Counted from the stretch's first letter, positions 45,327 through 56,044 are shown. The stretch: 64,000 bases of DNA from Bacillota bacterium (GCA_021787335.1 JAJYMC010000049.1:14053-78052); one strand, 5' to 3'. Made by a program: numbers and translations. Notes: generated by a model from the letters alone, not told the origin.

Positions 45327-46019
45327 TTGCTGACCACGGACGACCTGCAGGTCTTCACGGACCACGTCAGACGGACGATGTTCGAGTGCGCCGTCACCCT
45401 GGACCGGCCCCAGGCGGCTGAGTTCTGGCCGCTCTCGACGCCGGAGTATCGCTTCCAGCACACCCTTCACGTCAGGCGGTTCGTCGAGCGCCTTCAGGCC
45501 GAGGAGGGCGGCGACCTGGAACTGCTCCAGACGTCGGCTATCTTCCACGACATCTCCCATTTCAGCACGACCTACGACCAGCACGGACGGGTCTCGGCCG
45601 AGATGGCCCGGGACTACCTGACCTCCCACCGCAGCTCCACGGGGGAGCCGTTCCCGGCGGACTTCATCGACCGGGTCTTCCTGACCATCGACGACCACGC
45701 CTCGGACAAGCCGTCCAGCTACTACCTTGACGAGGTCCCCCTCGAGTCGATGCTCCTCATCGAGGCCGACCTCCTCGACAAGCTGGGGCCGAACGGGGCC
45801 TTCGCCCATCTGCTCCTATCCGGCGCCAACCACCGCCTCTGGCAGGCCGCCCTGGCGACCATCGAAAGGGACGTCATCGGGCGCGGCGAGCGGGCACTGG
45901 GGAACGACGGTAAGCGGTTCCACCTGACCCCGGTCGCGCGGCGGATGATCGAGGAACGCCTGGCCTGGACCAAGCATTTCCTGGCCGAGGTCCGGGAGGA
46001 CGTCGCCTGCTTGTTCTAG
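45327..46019 (+). CDS. HD-domain phosphohydrolase
   Basis: H...HD (IFHDISHF) ... D motif pattern. TTG start after CAGGAGGTG. Confidence 0.7.
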   Translation: MLTTDDLQVFTDHVRRTMFECAVTLDRPQAAEFWPLSTPEYRFQHTLHVRRFVERLQAEEGGDLELLQTSAIFHDISHFSTTYDQHGRVSAEMARDYLTSHRSSTGEPFPADFIDRVFLTIDDHASDKPSSYYLDEVPLESMLLIEADLLDKLGPNGAFAHLLLSGANHRLWQAALATIERDVIGRGERALGNDGKRFHLTPVARRMIEERLAWTKHFLAEVREDVACLF

Positions 46020-46112
46020 CCGCGGGGCGCGGGCCGACGCAAGGAGGATTCTCCCATTCCCGGGCCGAAGAATAGAACGACCGCTCACTTTGCCCTAGGA
46101 GGCCTCGACCGC

Positions 46113-46409
46113 ATGAGTGGGGAGCCTGTCGACGATCAGAACAGGGTCGTGGTGAACATCTTCGGGGAAGAATACCCCATCAGGGGCGCGGGCCGGCCGG
46201 AGTACATCCAAGAGGTCGCGGCCGCCGTCGACCGGAAGATGCGCCAGGTTTCCGAGGCCCACCCGCGGCTGTCGATGAGCCGGGTGGCCGTGATGGCTGC
46301 CCTGCTGCTCGCCGACGACCTTTTCAAGCTGCGGGAGCAGCACGAGCACCTGACCCAGATATACGAACAGGAATGGGAGCGACGAAAGGACCGCAAGCCA
46401 GACGATTGA
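46113..46409 (+). CDS. zapA: Cell division protein ZapA
   Basis: VNIFGEEYPIRG... ZapA-like 98-aa protein, positioned before polX-mutS2 as in Bacillus. Confidence 0.7.
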   Translation: MSGEPVDDQNRVVVNIFGEEYPIRGAGRPEYIQEVAAAVDRKMRQVSEAHPRLSMSRVAVMAALLLADDLFKLREQHEHLTQIYEQEWERRKDRKPDD

Positions 46410-46420
46410 CGGACTGGAGC

Positions 46421-46453
46421 CGGCGGGAGACGAAGGTCGCCCGCCGTTTCCTT
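46421..46453 (+). terminator. Terminator after zapA
   Basis: cggcggg...cccgccg + tttccttt. Confidence 0.55.
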
Positions 46454-46509
46454 TCGGGCCCGGTTGTTCGGCCCTGCGTCTCGACCCGCCCGCTCACGGG
46501 GGTGATCAA

Positions 46510-48357
46510 GTGAAGAACGCCGCCATCGCCGCCATGTTCCAAGAGATCGCCGACCTGCTGGCCATCAAGGGCGACGACTCGTTCAAGATAATGGCCTACA
46601 ACCGGGCCGCCCGGAGCGTGGCCGAGCTGACCGAGGACATCGCCGTGGTCGCCGCCGAGGACCGCCTGAAGGACATCCCCGGCATCGGGGAGGCCCTGGC
46701 GGCCAAGATCCGCGAGGGCCTGGAGACGGGCACGTGCTCGTTCCTCGAGGAGCTGCGGCGGGAGTTCCCGGCCGGACTCCTCGAGATGCTGCAGGTGCCG
46801 GGCGTGGGGGCGAAGACCGTCGCCCGCGTCTATCACGACCTGCACATCCAGAGCCTGCCCGAACTGGAGGCGGCGGCCCGGGCCGGACGGCTGGAGGGCC
46901 TGCCGAAGATCGGCCCCAAGACGCAACAGAACATCCTCGAGGGCATCGAGCGGCTGAAGCGCTCGCAGGGGCGCGTCCCCATGTGGAGCGCCCTGCCCCT
47001 GGCGATGAGCATGGTCGAGCGGTTGAACGTCCTGCCCGAGGTGGAGCGGATCGAGGTAGCCGGGAGCCTGCGGCGCTGGAAGGAGTCCGTCGGCGACCTG
47101 GACCTCGTGGCGGCGTCGCGCCAGGCGGACCGGGTCATCCAGGAGTTCACCCACCTGCCCGAGGTCACCAAGGTGACCGGGGCGGGGGAGACCAAGGCCA
47201 GCATCGTGGCCGTGGGCGGGGTCAACGTCGACCTGCGCGTGCTGCCGCCTGAGGACTATTTCACCGCTCTGCACCATTTCACGGGGTCCAAGGAACACAA
47301 CGTCCGCCTGCGCGGGCGGGCCAAGCAGATGGGCCTGAAGATCAATGAATACGGGCTTTTCCGCGTGCCAGGCGACCCCGGCGGGGGTGCGGCCGGCGAG
47401 ACCGGTGCCGAGGACAGCGCTCCGCCTGACGGCGCCGCCGAGAAGCTCAAGGTCGAGAGCGAGGAGGACCTCTACCGCTGGCTCGGCCTGCCTTACATTC
47501 CGCCCGAGCTGCGCGAGGACCGCGGGGAGGTCGAGGCCGCCGAGGCCGGCCGCCTGCCCGCGCTCATCGAGCAGAAGGACATCCGTGGCGACCTGCATAA
47601 TCACACCGATTGGAGCGACGGCCGGGCGACCATCGCCGTCATGGCCGAGGCCGGGCGGGCCCGCGGCTACGAGTACCTGGCCATCGCCGACCACACCAAG
47701 TCGCTGGCCTTCGCCCGCGGCCTCGACGAGACCCGCCTGCGGCAGCAGATGAAGGACATCGCCGCCTACAACGCGGCCCTGGCCGACGGGTCCGAGGCCG
47801 ACGGGTCCGAGGCCGACGACTCCGAGGCCGGCAACTCCCGGGCCGCCGGCGGCCTGCGCCTTCTGGCCGCCACGGAGGTCGACATCCTGCCCGACGGCCG
47901 CCTTGACCTGCCCGACGAAGTCCTGTCGGAACTGGATTTCGTCACCGCCTCCGTGCACAGCAACTTCCGCCAGACCCGCGAGCAGATGACTGAACGGGTC
48001 TGTCAAGCGATGAAGAACCCGAACGTGGACTCCATCGGCCATCCGACCGGGCGGCTCATCGGCCGCCGGGAGCCCTACGAGATCGACATGGAGAAGGTCA
48101 TCGACGGCGCCCGGGCCACCGGGACGTTCCTCGAGATGAACGCCTCGCCTGACCGCCTCGACCTGTCGGACCGGCACGCCCGCGAGGCCAAGGAGGCCGG
48201 GGTCAAGATGGTCATCAACACGGATGCCCACGACCCGAGGCGGCTCGACGAAATGCTCTACGGGGTCCACAACGCCCGCCGGGCCTGGCTCGAGCTGGAT
48301 GACGTGGTTAACGCCCATCCCTGGGAGGAAGTGCGCCGTTGGCTCAAGAAGGCTTGA
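46510..48357 (+). CDS. polX: DNA polymerase/3'-5' exonuclease PolX (Pol-beta-like domain + PHP domain)
   Basis: HhH/Pol X N-terminus, DLD catalytic aspartates, C-terminal PHP (DLHNHTDWSDG, ADHT...). Confidence 0.85.
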   Translation: MKNAAIAAMFQEIADLLAIKGDDSFKIMAYNRAARSVAELTEDIAVVAAEDRLKDIPGIGEALAAKIREGLETGTCSFLEELRREFPAGLLEMLQVPGVGAKTVARVYHDLHIQSLPELEAAARAGRLEGLPKIGPKTQQNILEGIERLKRSQGRVPMWSALPLAMSMVERLNVLPEVERIEVAGSLRRWKESVGDLDLVAASRQADRVIQEFTHLPEVTKVTGAGETKASIVAVGGVNVDLRVLPPEDYFTALHHFTGSKEHNVRLRGRAKQMGLKINEYGLFRVPGDPGGGAAGETGAEDSAPPDGAAEKLKVESEEDLYRWLGLPYIPPELREDRGEVEAAEAGRLPALIEQKDIRGDLHNHTDWSDGRATIAVMAEAGRARGYEYLAIADHTKSLAFARGLDETRLRQQMKDIAAYNAALADGSEADGSEADDSEAGNSRAAGGLRLLAATEVDILPDGRLDLPDEVLSELDFVTASVHSNFRQTREQMTERVCQAMKNPNVDSIGHPTGRLIGRREPYEIDMEKVIDGARATGTFLEMNASPDRLDLSDRHAREAKEAGVKMVINTDAHDPRRLDEMLYGVHNARRAWLELDDVVNAHPWEEVRRWLKKA

Positions 48358-49358
48358 GGGGCCGGGGACAGGGCGCGGTCGAGCCCCGCGGCCCCGCCGT
48401 TTCCCGCGTCTTCCTCTTCTTCATCGATGGCCTGGGCATCGGCCCCGCCGACCCGGGCATCAACCCGTTCCTGGCGGCCAAACTGCCGACCTTCGACCGG
48501 CTCCTCGGCGGGCGGCGGCCGGTGTTGCCCGCGCCGGAGGTCATCCGCGCCCCGGAGGCCATCCTCGTCCCGACCGACGCCAACCTCGGCGTCCCCGGCC
48601 TGCCGCAGAGCGCGACCGGCCAGACGGCCCTCTTCTCCGGGGTCAACGCCCCGGCCCTCATCGGACGCCACCTCAACGCCTACCCCAACGAGGCCCTGCG
48701 CCAGGTCCTGAAGGAGAAGGGTCTCCTGCGCCGGGCGGTCGACCGCGGTTACCCGGCCACCTTCATCAACGCCTTCACCCACTTCTACACGGACATGGTC
48801 GAGTCCGGCGCCCGCAAGCCCTCGGCCTCGACGGTGACCGCCCTCGGGGCTGGCCTGGCCCTCCGCACCGTCGACGACCTCCTCGCCGGTCGGGCGGTCT
48901 ACCACGACGTCACCAACGAATGGCTCATCGCCCGCGGCTTCGACGTTCCGGTCATCGACCCGGAGACCGCCGGCCGGCGGGCCGCGGCCATCGCCCGGGA
49001 CCACAAGGTGGCCATGTTCGAGCACTTCCTGACTGACTTCGCCGGCCACGCTCAGGACCTGGCCGAGGCGGTCAGGATCCTCGAGCGCATCGACGCCTTC
49101 CTCGGCGCCTTCCTGGCCGACTACCCGCTGGGCGACTCACTCGCGGTCATCTCCAGCGACCACGGCAACGTCGAGGACCTCAGCGTCAAGACGCACACCC
49201 GCAACCCTGTCCCGACCATCGCCATCGGCGCTGGCCGCGAGGCGTTCGCCGGTCGCGTCACCGCCATCACCGACGTCACCCCCGCCCTGATGGACCTCCT
49301 CGGCGGGGACCAGCCCGTCGCCTCCATCCAAACGAGAGGGGTTCAACCCACCCGATGA
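48339..49358 (+). CDS. Alkaline-phosphatase-superfamily metalloenzyme (cofactor-independent phosphoglycerate mutase/phosphopentomutase-like)
   Basis: FIDGLGIG N-terminal metal-binding Asp motif and SSDHGN motif. TTG start overlaps the polX end. Confidence 0.6.
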   Translation: MAQEGLRGRGQGAVEPRGPAVSRVFLFFIDGLGIGPADPGINPFLAAKLPTFDRLLGGRRPVLPAPEVIRAPEAILVPTDANLGVPGLPQSATGQTALFSGVNAPALIGRHLNAYPNEALRQVLKEKGLLRRAVDRGYPATFINAFTHFYTDMVESGARKPSASTVTALGAGLALRTVDDLLAGRAVYHDVTNEWLIARGFDVPVIDPETAGRRAAAIARDHKVAMFEHFLTDFAGHAQDLAEAVRILERIDAFLGAFLADYPLGDSLAVISSDHGNVEDLSVKTHTRNPVPTIAIGAGREAFAGRVTAITDVTPALMDLLGGDQPVASIQTRGVQPTR

Positions 49359-51727
49359 TCGAAGACAGGACCCTCCGCTCCCTTGAATTCGATAAAGTCC
49401 GCGCCCTCCTGGTCGACCAGGCCTCCTGCTCGCTCGGGAAGGCCCTGGCGGCCGAACTCGCCCCGTCGGACGATGTCGGGACGGTCCGCCGCTGGCAGAC
49501 CGAGACCACCGAGGCCCGCGAGATTCTCCGCGGCCGCAATGAGGTCCCCCTCGGCGGCCTCCATGACGTGCGCCAGTACCTCCGCCAGGCGGCGGTCGGC
49601 TCGCTCCTGACCCCACCCGACTTCCTGGCCGTGGGCGACACCATCCGCGCCTCGCGCCGGCTGAAGCGGTTCTTCGCCGACGACCACGTGGTCGCCCCGG
49701 TCCTCGAGGAACTGGCCGCCGGCCTCGGGACCTTCGACCGGCTCGACGCGGAGATCCGCCGCGTCATCACCGAGCAGGGCGAGGTGGCCGACGACGCCAG
49801 CCCCGAACTGGCCAAGGTCCGCCGGACCATGCGTACCGTGCAGGACCGCATCCGCGACCGGCTCGAGTCCATCATCCACTCGCCCGAGTTCGGCAAGTAC
49901 CTGCAGGACCCGATCATCACCATGCGCGGCGAGCGCTACGTGGTCCCCATCAAGCAGGAATACCGCGGCCAGTTCGGCGGGGTCATCCACGACCAGTCGT
50001 CCAGCGGGGCGACCCTCTTCATCGAGCCGATGGCCGTGGTCGAGCTGAACAACGACCTCCGCCAGGCCGAACTGAAGGAGCGCGACGAGGTCATCCGCAT
50101 CCTCCGCGCCCTCACGGCGGTCCTGGCCGGTGAGGCCGAGGCCATCGGCTTCAGCCTTGACATCATGGCCCGCCTGGATTTCGCCTTCGCCAAGGGCAAG
50201 CTCAGCCTGGCTATGGAGGGCACCGAACCCTTCCTCAGCGCCACCGGGCGCCTGGAGATACTCCACGGCCGGCACCCGCTCCTGCGCGGCGACGTCGTCC
50301 CCGTGGACGTGCCGTTGGGCAAGGCCTTCGACACGATGGTCATCACCGGGCCGAACACCGGCGGCAAGACCGTCACCCTGAAGACCATCGGCCTGTTGAC
50401 CCTGATGGCCCAGGCCGGCCTGCATGTGCCGGCCAAGGACGGGACCGAGCTGGCCGTGTTCACCAGCATCTTCTGCGACATCGGCGACGAGCAGAGCATC
50501 GAGCAGAGCCTGTCGACCTTCTCCTCGCACATGACCAACATCGTCACCATCCTCGGCCACGTCGACGGCGAGTCCCTGGTCCTCCTGGACGAGCTGGGCG
50601 CGGGCACCGACCCCACCGAGGGCGCCGCCCTGGGCATGGCCATCCTCGAGCACCTCCACGCCCGCGGGGCCAAGACCGCCGCCACCACGCACTACAGCGA
50701 GCTGAAGGCCTTCGCCTACACGCGGCCGCGGGTGGTCAACGCCTCGGTCGAATTCAACGTCGAGACCCTGTGCCCGACCTACCGGCTGATGGTCGGGCTC
50801 CCCGGCCGCTCCAACGCCTTCGAGATCGCCCAGCGGCTCGGCCTCGAACCGGACATCATCAGCCGGGCCCGCGAGTTCATCTCCCGCGAGGAGCTGCGGG
50901 TCGAGGACCTCATCGTCAACATGCAGACCGATAAGGTGATGCTGGAGAAGGAACGCGAGGACGCGAAGCTCCTCCGGGAGCGCGCTGCCAAGCTGACCCG
51001 GGACCTGGAGATGCGCGAGGCCGAGACCCGCCAGAAGGAGCGGGAGGTCCTCGACCGCGCCCGCCAGGAGGCTTCGAACATCGTCGGGCGGGTCAAGCGC
51101 GAGGCCGATGAGGCCATGCGGCAGCTCAAGGCGGCGGCCTCGGCCGGCGACGAGAAGTCCCGGCTGCAGGCCATCGAGGCCGCCCGGACGCGGCTCCGCG
51201 AGCTCAAGGGGGAGGTCCGGGACAAGACCGCCGGGCCGGCCGAGCCCGTCCGCGAGGGGGGAGGGCCCGAAGGGCTGCGCCCCGGGGAGATGGTCCACTG
51301 CTTCAGTCTGCGACAGCGCGGTCAGGTCCTCGCCGAGCCCTCCGACGGCCGGGTCCAGATCCAGGTCGGGGTCATCCGGACGACGGTGCCCCTATATGAC
51401 CTCGCCCGCGTGGAGGACGAGGCCAGGGCGGCCGAGCGCTCGAACGTCGGCCAGATGGCCACGGCCAAGGCCCAGGCCATCTCGAATGAGCTCGACCTGC
51501 GCGGGCACACGGTCGACGAGGCCCTGGACGCGGTGGAGAAGTACCTTGACGACGCCTCCCTGGCCGGCCTGAAAAAGGTCTTCATCATTCACGGGAAGGG
51601 CACGGGCGCCCTCCGCCAGGCGGTCGGCAGCTACCTCCGGACCCACCCGGCGGTGAAGGGCACGCGCTTCGGCGACCAGCACGAGGGCGGCGACGGCGTG
51701 ACGGTGGCCGAGCTCGGGGAGGAGTAG
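49355..51727 (+). CDS. mutS2: Endonuclease MutS2 (MutS domains III-V + C-terminal Smr domain)
   Basis: Walker A GPNTGGKT, long coiled-coil, C-terminal Smr (LDLRGHTVDEALDAVEKYLDDA...IIHGKGTGALR). Confidence 0.9.
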   Translation: MIEDRTLRSLEFDKVRALLVDQASCSLGKALAAELAPSDDVGTVRRWQTETTEAREILRGRNEVPLGGLHDVRQYLRQAAVGSLLTPPDFLAVGDTIRASRRLKRFFADDHVVAPVLEELAAGLGTFDRLDAEIRRVITEQGEVADDASPELAKVRRTMRTVQDRIRDRLESIIHSPEFGKYLQDPIITMRGERYVVPIKQEYRGQFGGVIHDQSSSGATLFIEPMAVVELNNDLRQAELKERDEVIRILRALTAVLAGEAEAIGFSLDIMARLDFAFAKGKLSLAMEGTEPFLSATGRLEILHGRHPLLRGDVVPVDVPLGKAFDTMVITGPNTGGKTVTLKTIGLLTLMAQAGLHVPAKDGTELAVFTSIFCDIGDEQSIEQSLSTFSSHMTNIVTILGHVDGESLVLLDELGAGTDPTEGAALGMAILEHLHARGAKTAATTHYSELKAFAYTRPRVVNASVEFNVETLCPTYRLMVGLPGRSNAFEIAQRLGLEPDIISRAREFISREELRVEDLIVNMQTDKVMLEKEREDAKLLRERAAKLTRDLEMREAETRQKEREVLDRARQEASNIVGRVKREADEAMRQLKAAASAGDEKSRLQAIEAARTRLRELKGEVRDKTAGPAEPVREGGGPEGLRPGEMVHCFSLRQRGQVLAEPSDGRVQIQVGVIRTTVPLYDLARVEDEARAAERSNVGQMATAKAQAISNELDLRGHTVDEALDAVEKYLDDASLAGLKKVFIIHGKGTGALRQAVGSYLRTHPAVKGTRFGDQHEGGDGVTVAELGEE

Positions 51728-51728
51728 G

Positions 51729-52409
51729 GTGGAAGCGGGGAGCGGGGTGGGACCGAAGAGCGGGGCGGAACCGGCGCTGGTCCACGAATACCGGCCCGAG
51801 GACGAGGGCCAATGGCTGAGGTGCCGCGTCCTGGCCTTCCTGGACACCGCCTACTTCGACAACGTGCTCCGGGAGAAGGAGCGGTACGGCAACCCCGCCA
51901 TCGAGCTCGTCGCCGAAAGCGAGGGGACGGTCGTGGGGCTGATCGACCTGGAGTGTGAGACTGCGCCGGGGACGGTCTGTTCTGCTCGTCCAGGCCTGGG
52001 CGCGATGATCTGGCACCTGGCGGTCCATCCGGACCATCGGCGGCTGGGCATCGCCGGCGCCCTGCTCACCGAGGCGACCAAGAGAGCCGCGGGGCGGGGC
52101 ATCGCCCGGCTGGAAGCCTGGACCCGGGATGACGCCTGGGTCCAGAAATGGTACGAAGCCGAAGGGTTCAGGCCGGTCGAGTCCTACCTCCACGTCTTTC
52201 TGGACGGCGGGCGGGAACTGAAGGGCGCCGTGCGCAACGAGATTCCCGGCCTGCTGCCCGTGCAGGCCTTCGCCCACTATGTCGGCGAGGACCCGGAGGG
52301 GATGAGGACCCGCTTTAAACGAGTGCATCAGTGCGTCCTCTATGAGCTGGGCATCATAGAACCCGGTGATGCGCTCGGCCCGGGTCTTCATCGAAGAAAG
52401 AGCCCTTGA
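51729..52409 (+). CDS. GNAT-family N-acetyltransferase
   Basis: Acetyl-CoA binding motif A region HRRLGIAGALLTEATKRAAGRGI. Confidence 0.6.
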   Translation: MEAGSGVGPKSGAEPALVHEYRPEDEGQWLRCRVLAFLDTAYFDNVLREKERYGNPAIELVAESEGTVVGLIDLECETAPGTVCSARPGLGAMIWHLAVHPDHRRLGIAGALLTEATKRAAGRGIARLEAWTRDDAWVQKWYEAEGFRPVESYLHVFLDGGRELKGAVRNEIPGLLPVQAFAHYVGEDPEGMRTRFKRVHQCVLYELGIIEPGDALGPGLHRRKSP

Positions 52410-53394
52410 ATACCCGCTCGGCAAGGAGCTATGGGACCGCTTCAGCGCCCGCGGCCCGGCGCCGACCCTCATCGGCTCGCACAATCGGGTCGGCCTGCCC
52501 AGCCTGAAAGGCTTCAAGGCCTACGCCGAGGCCAAGCGGACGCTGGTCGTCGGGGTCCGCAAGACCCTGTCCTTCCAGAGCTGCAAGCCTTCGGCCCACT
52601 ATCAACTGCCGCTGGTCACCAGCTGCCCCGGGATGTGCGAGTACTGCTACCTCATGACGACCCTCGGGCCGCGCCCGTACGTCCGGGTCTACGTGAACCT
52701 GGACGAGATTCTTGGGCGGGCCCTTGACTATGTGGAGAAGCGGGCGCCAGAGGTGACCGTCTTCGAGGGGGCGGCGACCTCGGACCCGCTGCCCCTGGAG
52801 ACGCTCACCGGCGCGCTGGCCAAGGTCATCACCGCCTTCGGGCGGACGGCCCTGGCCCGTTTTCGTTTCGCCACCAAGGACGACGGGGTCGGGCCGCTTC
52901 TCGACCTGCCCCATGAAGGCCACACCGAGGTCAGGTTCAGCCTCAATACGCGGACCGTCATCCGGCGACACGAGCACCGCGTGCCGGACCTGGAGCGGCG
53001 GGTCGCGGCGGCGGCCCGGACGGCCGCGGCCGGCTATCCCGTGGGCTTTCTCATCGCCCCGATCATCCTCGACAGCGACTGGCGGGCCGACTACGGCGAC
53101 CTCCTCGAGGAGCTGGCCACGGCCCTTCGCGAGGCCGGGTTGCCCGGCGGGACGCCGCCGACCACCTTCGAGCTCATCACCCACCGTTTCACCCCCAAGG
53201 CCAAGCAGACCATCCGGGGCATCTTCCCCGGGACCACCCTCCCCCTCGATGAGACCAGGCGCCGGTGGAAGATGGGGCAGTTCGGTTACGGCAAGTACCT
53301 CTACCGCGCGGAGGAGATGGAGGAGGTGCGGTCCTTCTTCGAGGAACGCATCGCCGCCCTCTTCCCGGAGGCGAAGATCCTGTATCTCGTCTGA
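52366..53394 (+). CDS. splB: Spore photoproduct lyase (radical SAM)
   Basis: N-terminus VFIEERALEYPLG and CPGMCEYCYL radical-SAM-type Cys cluster. Overall SplB-like length and profile. Confidence 0.75.
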   Translation: MMRSARVFIEERALEYPLGKELWDRFSARGPAPTLIGSHNRVGLPSLKGFKAYAEAKRTLVVGVRKTLSFQSCKPSAHYQLPLVTSCPGMCEYCYLMTTLGPRPYVRVYVNLDEILGRALDYVEKRAPEVTVFEGAATSDPLPLETLTGALAKVITAFGRTALARFRFATKDDGVGPLLDLPHEGHTEVRFSLNTRTVIRRHEHRVPDLERRVAAAARTAAAGYPVGFLIAPIILDSDWRADYGDLLEELATALREAGLPGGTPPTTFELITHRFTPKAKQTIRGIFPGTTLPLDETRRRWKMGQFGYGKYLYRAEEMEEVRSFFEERIAALFPEAKILYLV

Positions 53395-53464
53395 GTTGGG
53401 CCAAGCCCCGCCTGGCCCCGTCTGATTGAGTCACCTTCTCTGAACCCGGCACCGAAACACAAAC

Positions 53465-53493
53465 AAGCCCGGACCTGGTGTTGGTCCGGGCTT
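53465..53493. terminator. Bidirectional terminator between splB and the convergent PBP gene
   Basis: aagcccggacc-tggtgttg-gtccgggctt, flanked by an A-run (U-run on the minus strand). Confidence 0.7.
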
Positions 53494-53568
53494 TGCCATC
53501 CTGAACATGGGTTGTCCGCGGGGGCGCTTCAGAGGGTCGGCTGAGGCGGGCGGGGGGCGGGGAGCGTC

Positions 53569-55890
53569 TTACGGCCCCTTCTTCGGCCCGTGCAGGTCGC
53601 AGAACTCGGTCGGCGCGGCCTGCGCGGCGTCCTCGGGGACGTAGACCTGACCGGTCTTCTCGTCCACGTACGGGATCCACTTGGGCCGCTTCAGCATGAC
53701 CTTGGTCTCCACGTCGGCCGGCGGGCAGTACGGCGTGGCCAGCTTGCCCGATAGGCGATCGATCTTCACCAGCACGTGCACGGTGCAGGTCTGGGTGGGC
53801 TGGGTCCCGGGGAGGAAGACCTCGTCGTAGAGGTCCTCGGGCGGGCAGTACGGTCCGGCCAGCTCGCCGGACTTGCGGCAGACGGTGGCGTGGACGAGGT
53901 CCTTGGGCTCGGGGAAGTCCTCGACCGGCTTGCCGTCGTGGTAGGCCAGCATGCCGGCTTTCCAGACCTGGGCCGGGTAGGTCGAGCCGTAGACGTTCTT
54001 CATCGCCTTGGGCTGGTCGTAGCCCATCCAGACGGCCCCGGCGAGGTTCGGCGTATAACCCACGAACCAGGCGTCGACGAGGTCGGTGGTGGTCCCGGTC
54101 TTGCCGGCGGCCGGCCGGCCGATGTCCGCCGGGCGGCCGGTGCCGTTCTTGATGACCCCTTCAAGGATATTGGTCATCATCCAGGCCGTCTCGGGCTTGA
54201 GGACGACCGAGGTCTGCGGGTGGTGCTCCTCGAGGACGGTGCCGTTGCGGTCGACGACCTTGAGGATGGAGATGGGCTCGGCACGGATGCCGCCGTTGGC
54301 CAGGACGCCGTAGGCCGACGCCATCTCCAGCGGGATGACCCCGTCGGTCACGCCGCCGAGGGCCAGGGCCAGGGTGACGTCGTTGAGCTTGCCCGAGTCG
54401 TGAAGGGTGGTGATGCCCATCCTTTGGGCGTTCTCCAGGCCGACCTTGGGTCCGATCTGTTCCAGCATCTTCACGGCGACGACGTTGACCGACTGCTCGA
54501 CGGCCGCGCGGATGGTCATCAGGCCGCGGAAGCGCTTGTCGAAGTTCTGCGGCCACCAGGGCGACCCGTCGGGCTGGGTGTACATCACCGGCGAGTCGTC
54601 GACCACATAGGACGGCGGGTAGCCGGCGTCGATGGCCGGGGTGTAGACGGCCAAGGGCTTCATCGCCGAACCCGGCTGCCGCTTGGAGGCCACCGCGCGG
54701 TCCAGCCCGAGCCGGCGGTCGTAGGTCCGGCCGCCGATGATGGCCTTGATGTACCCGGTCTGCGGGTCGATGAAGGCCGCGGCCATGTCCGGCTGCGGAG
54801 GCCCGCCCTCCTTGATCGGGTAGTCGGCGTTGAGCATCTCCCGCATCCGCTCTTGCGCGGCCACCTGGGTCTTGAGGTTCAGGGTGGTGTAGACGCGCAG
54901 CCCGCCGCGGTAGACCTTCTCTTCGCCGTACTTCTTGAGCAGTTGCTGCAGGACGTAGTCGACGAACCAGTCGCCCGGGTACGACGTCGACTTCTTGCTG
55001 ACGATGGTGATCTTGTCTTTCTTGGCCTGGTCGGCGGCGGCCTTGTCGATGTACTTGTAGGCGACCATCTGGTCGAGGATCGTGTCGCGCCGCGCCAGGG
55101 CCGTCTTCAGATTGGCCACCGGGTTGTAGTTCTCGGGCGACCTGACGACGCCGGCCAGGAGGGCCGACTCGCCCAAGGTGAGCTGTCCGACGTCCTTCCC
55201 GAAGTAGTTCTGGGCGGCTGCCTGGACGCCGTAGTTGCCCCGGCCGAAGTTGATCTGGTTCAGGTACATCTCCAAGATCTCTTTCTTGGTGTAGCGCCGC
55301 TCGAGTTCGAGGGCGACGATGGCATCCTGAACCTTGCGCTTGAGGGTCCGGTCCATGGTCAGGAAGGCGGTCTTGGCCAACTGTTGGGTGATGGTGCTGG
55401 CCCCTTCGATGATCCCGCCGCCGGTGACGTCGACCCACAGGGCCCGCATGATGCCCCGCAGGTCGATCCCGTGGTGCTGGTAGAAACGATGGTCCTCGCC
55501 GGCGAGGAAGGCATCCTGTAGGCTCAGGGGGATGTCGCTGAGCTTGACCGGCATGCGGTTCTCGACCCCGTGGATCTGCCCGACGAGCTGGTTCTGGTCG
55601 TCGTAGACGAGGGTCGAGAGGTCCGGGTTGGGCCCGATATCGGCCAGGCTGGGCAGGCCCCGCAGGCTTGCGGCGACGAAGCCGAGCCCGGAAAGCCCGA
55701 TGAGGACGACGAGCACCAGGGCGACGAGCGCGGTCGCCCGGAAGACGTTCACTCCACGGCTGCCGGGGCTGACGAATTCACGCCAGTGGTCCAGGCTGAG
55801 CCAGCTTTTCGAGGAGCTCTTCGAGGACCGGGCCGAGCGGCCGGTGCCCTTCTTTCGCTTCGAACGGTTTCTTCTGACCCAGGTATCCAA
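53569..55890 (-). CDS. Class A penicillin-binding protein (PBP1A-type transglycosylase/transpeptidase)
   Basis: GT51 motifs (EDHRFYQHHGID, GASTITQQLAK, RKVQDAIVALELE) and transpeptidase SxxK/KTG motifs. The tracked ORF reaches 56082, but the likely start is TTG 55890 after GGAGGGAAGGG. Confidence 0.85.
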   Translation of the reverse strand: MDTWVRRNRSKRKKGTGRSARSSKSSSKSWLSLDHWREFVSPGSRGVNVFRATALVALVLVVLIGLSGLGFVAASLRGLPSLADIGPNPDLSTLVYDDQNQLVGQIHGVENRMPVKLSDIPLSLQDAFLAGEDHRFYQHHGIDLRGIMRALWVDVTGGGIIEGASTITQQLAKTAFLTMDRTLKRKVQDAIVALELERRYTKKEILEMYLNQINFGRGNYGVQAAAQNYFGKDVGQLTLGESALLAGVVRSPENYNPVANLKTALARRDTILDQMVAYKYIDKAAADQAKKDKITIVSKKSTSYPGDWFVDYVLQQLLKKYGEEKVYRGGLRVYTTLNLKTQVAAQERMREMLNADYPIKEGGPPQPDMAAAFIDPQTGYIKAIIGGRTYDRRLGLDRAVASKRQPGSAMKPLAVYTPAIDAGYPPSYVVDDSPVMYTQPDGSPWWPQNFDKRFRGLMTIRAAVEQSVNVVAVKMLEQIGPKVGLENAQRMGITTLHDSGKLNDVTLALALGGVTDGVIPLEMASAYGVLANGGIRAEPISILKVVDRNGTVLEEHHPQTSVVLKPETAWMMTNILEGVIKNGTGRPADIGRPAAGKTGTTTDLVDAWFVGYTPNLAGAVWMGYDQPKAMKNVYGSTYPAQVWKAGMLAYHDGKPVEDFPEPKDLVHATVCRKSGELAGPYCPPEDLYDEVFLPGTQPTQTCTVHVLVKIDRLSGKLATPYCPPADVETKVMLKRPKWIPYVDEKTGQVYVPEDAAQAAPTEFCDLHGPKKGP

Positions 55891-56044
55891 GAGAGGAATC
55901 CCTTCCCTCCACGTGTTGGATGTGTTCACGGCGTGGTTGAGGGCGGAAAGCTGCAATGTAACATGCCTTAATTCCACGTCGGCGGGGGTTCTCCTGCCGG
56001 ATGGCAGGGCGCCGACCGCGCCCGACCTCGCTGAACCGCGCCAC

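Noticed and set aside
45155-45330. tRNA gene at the island boundary as an integration target
   Set aside because: No cloverleaf or TψC-like GGTTCGAATCC sequence on either side of the low-GC island. No flanking direct repeats found by eye.
46324-48318. 664-aa ORF on - strand
   Set aside because: Antisense to polX.
49343-51298. 651-aa ORF on - strand
   Set aside because: Antisense to mutS2.
53776-55521. 581-aa ORF on + strand
   Set aside because: Antisense to the PBP1A gene.
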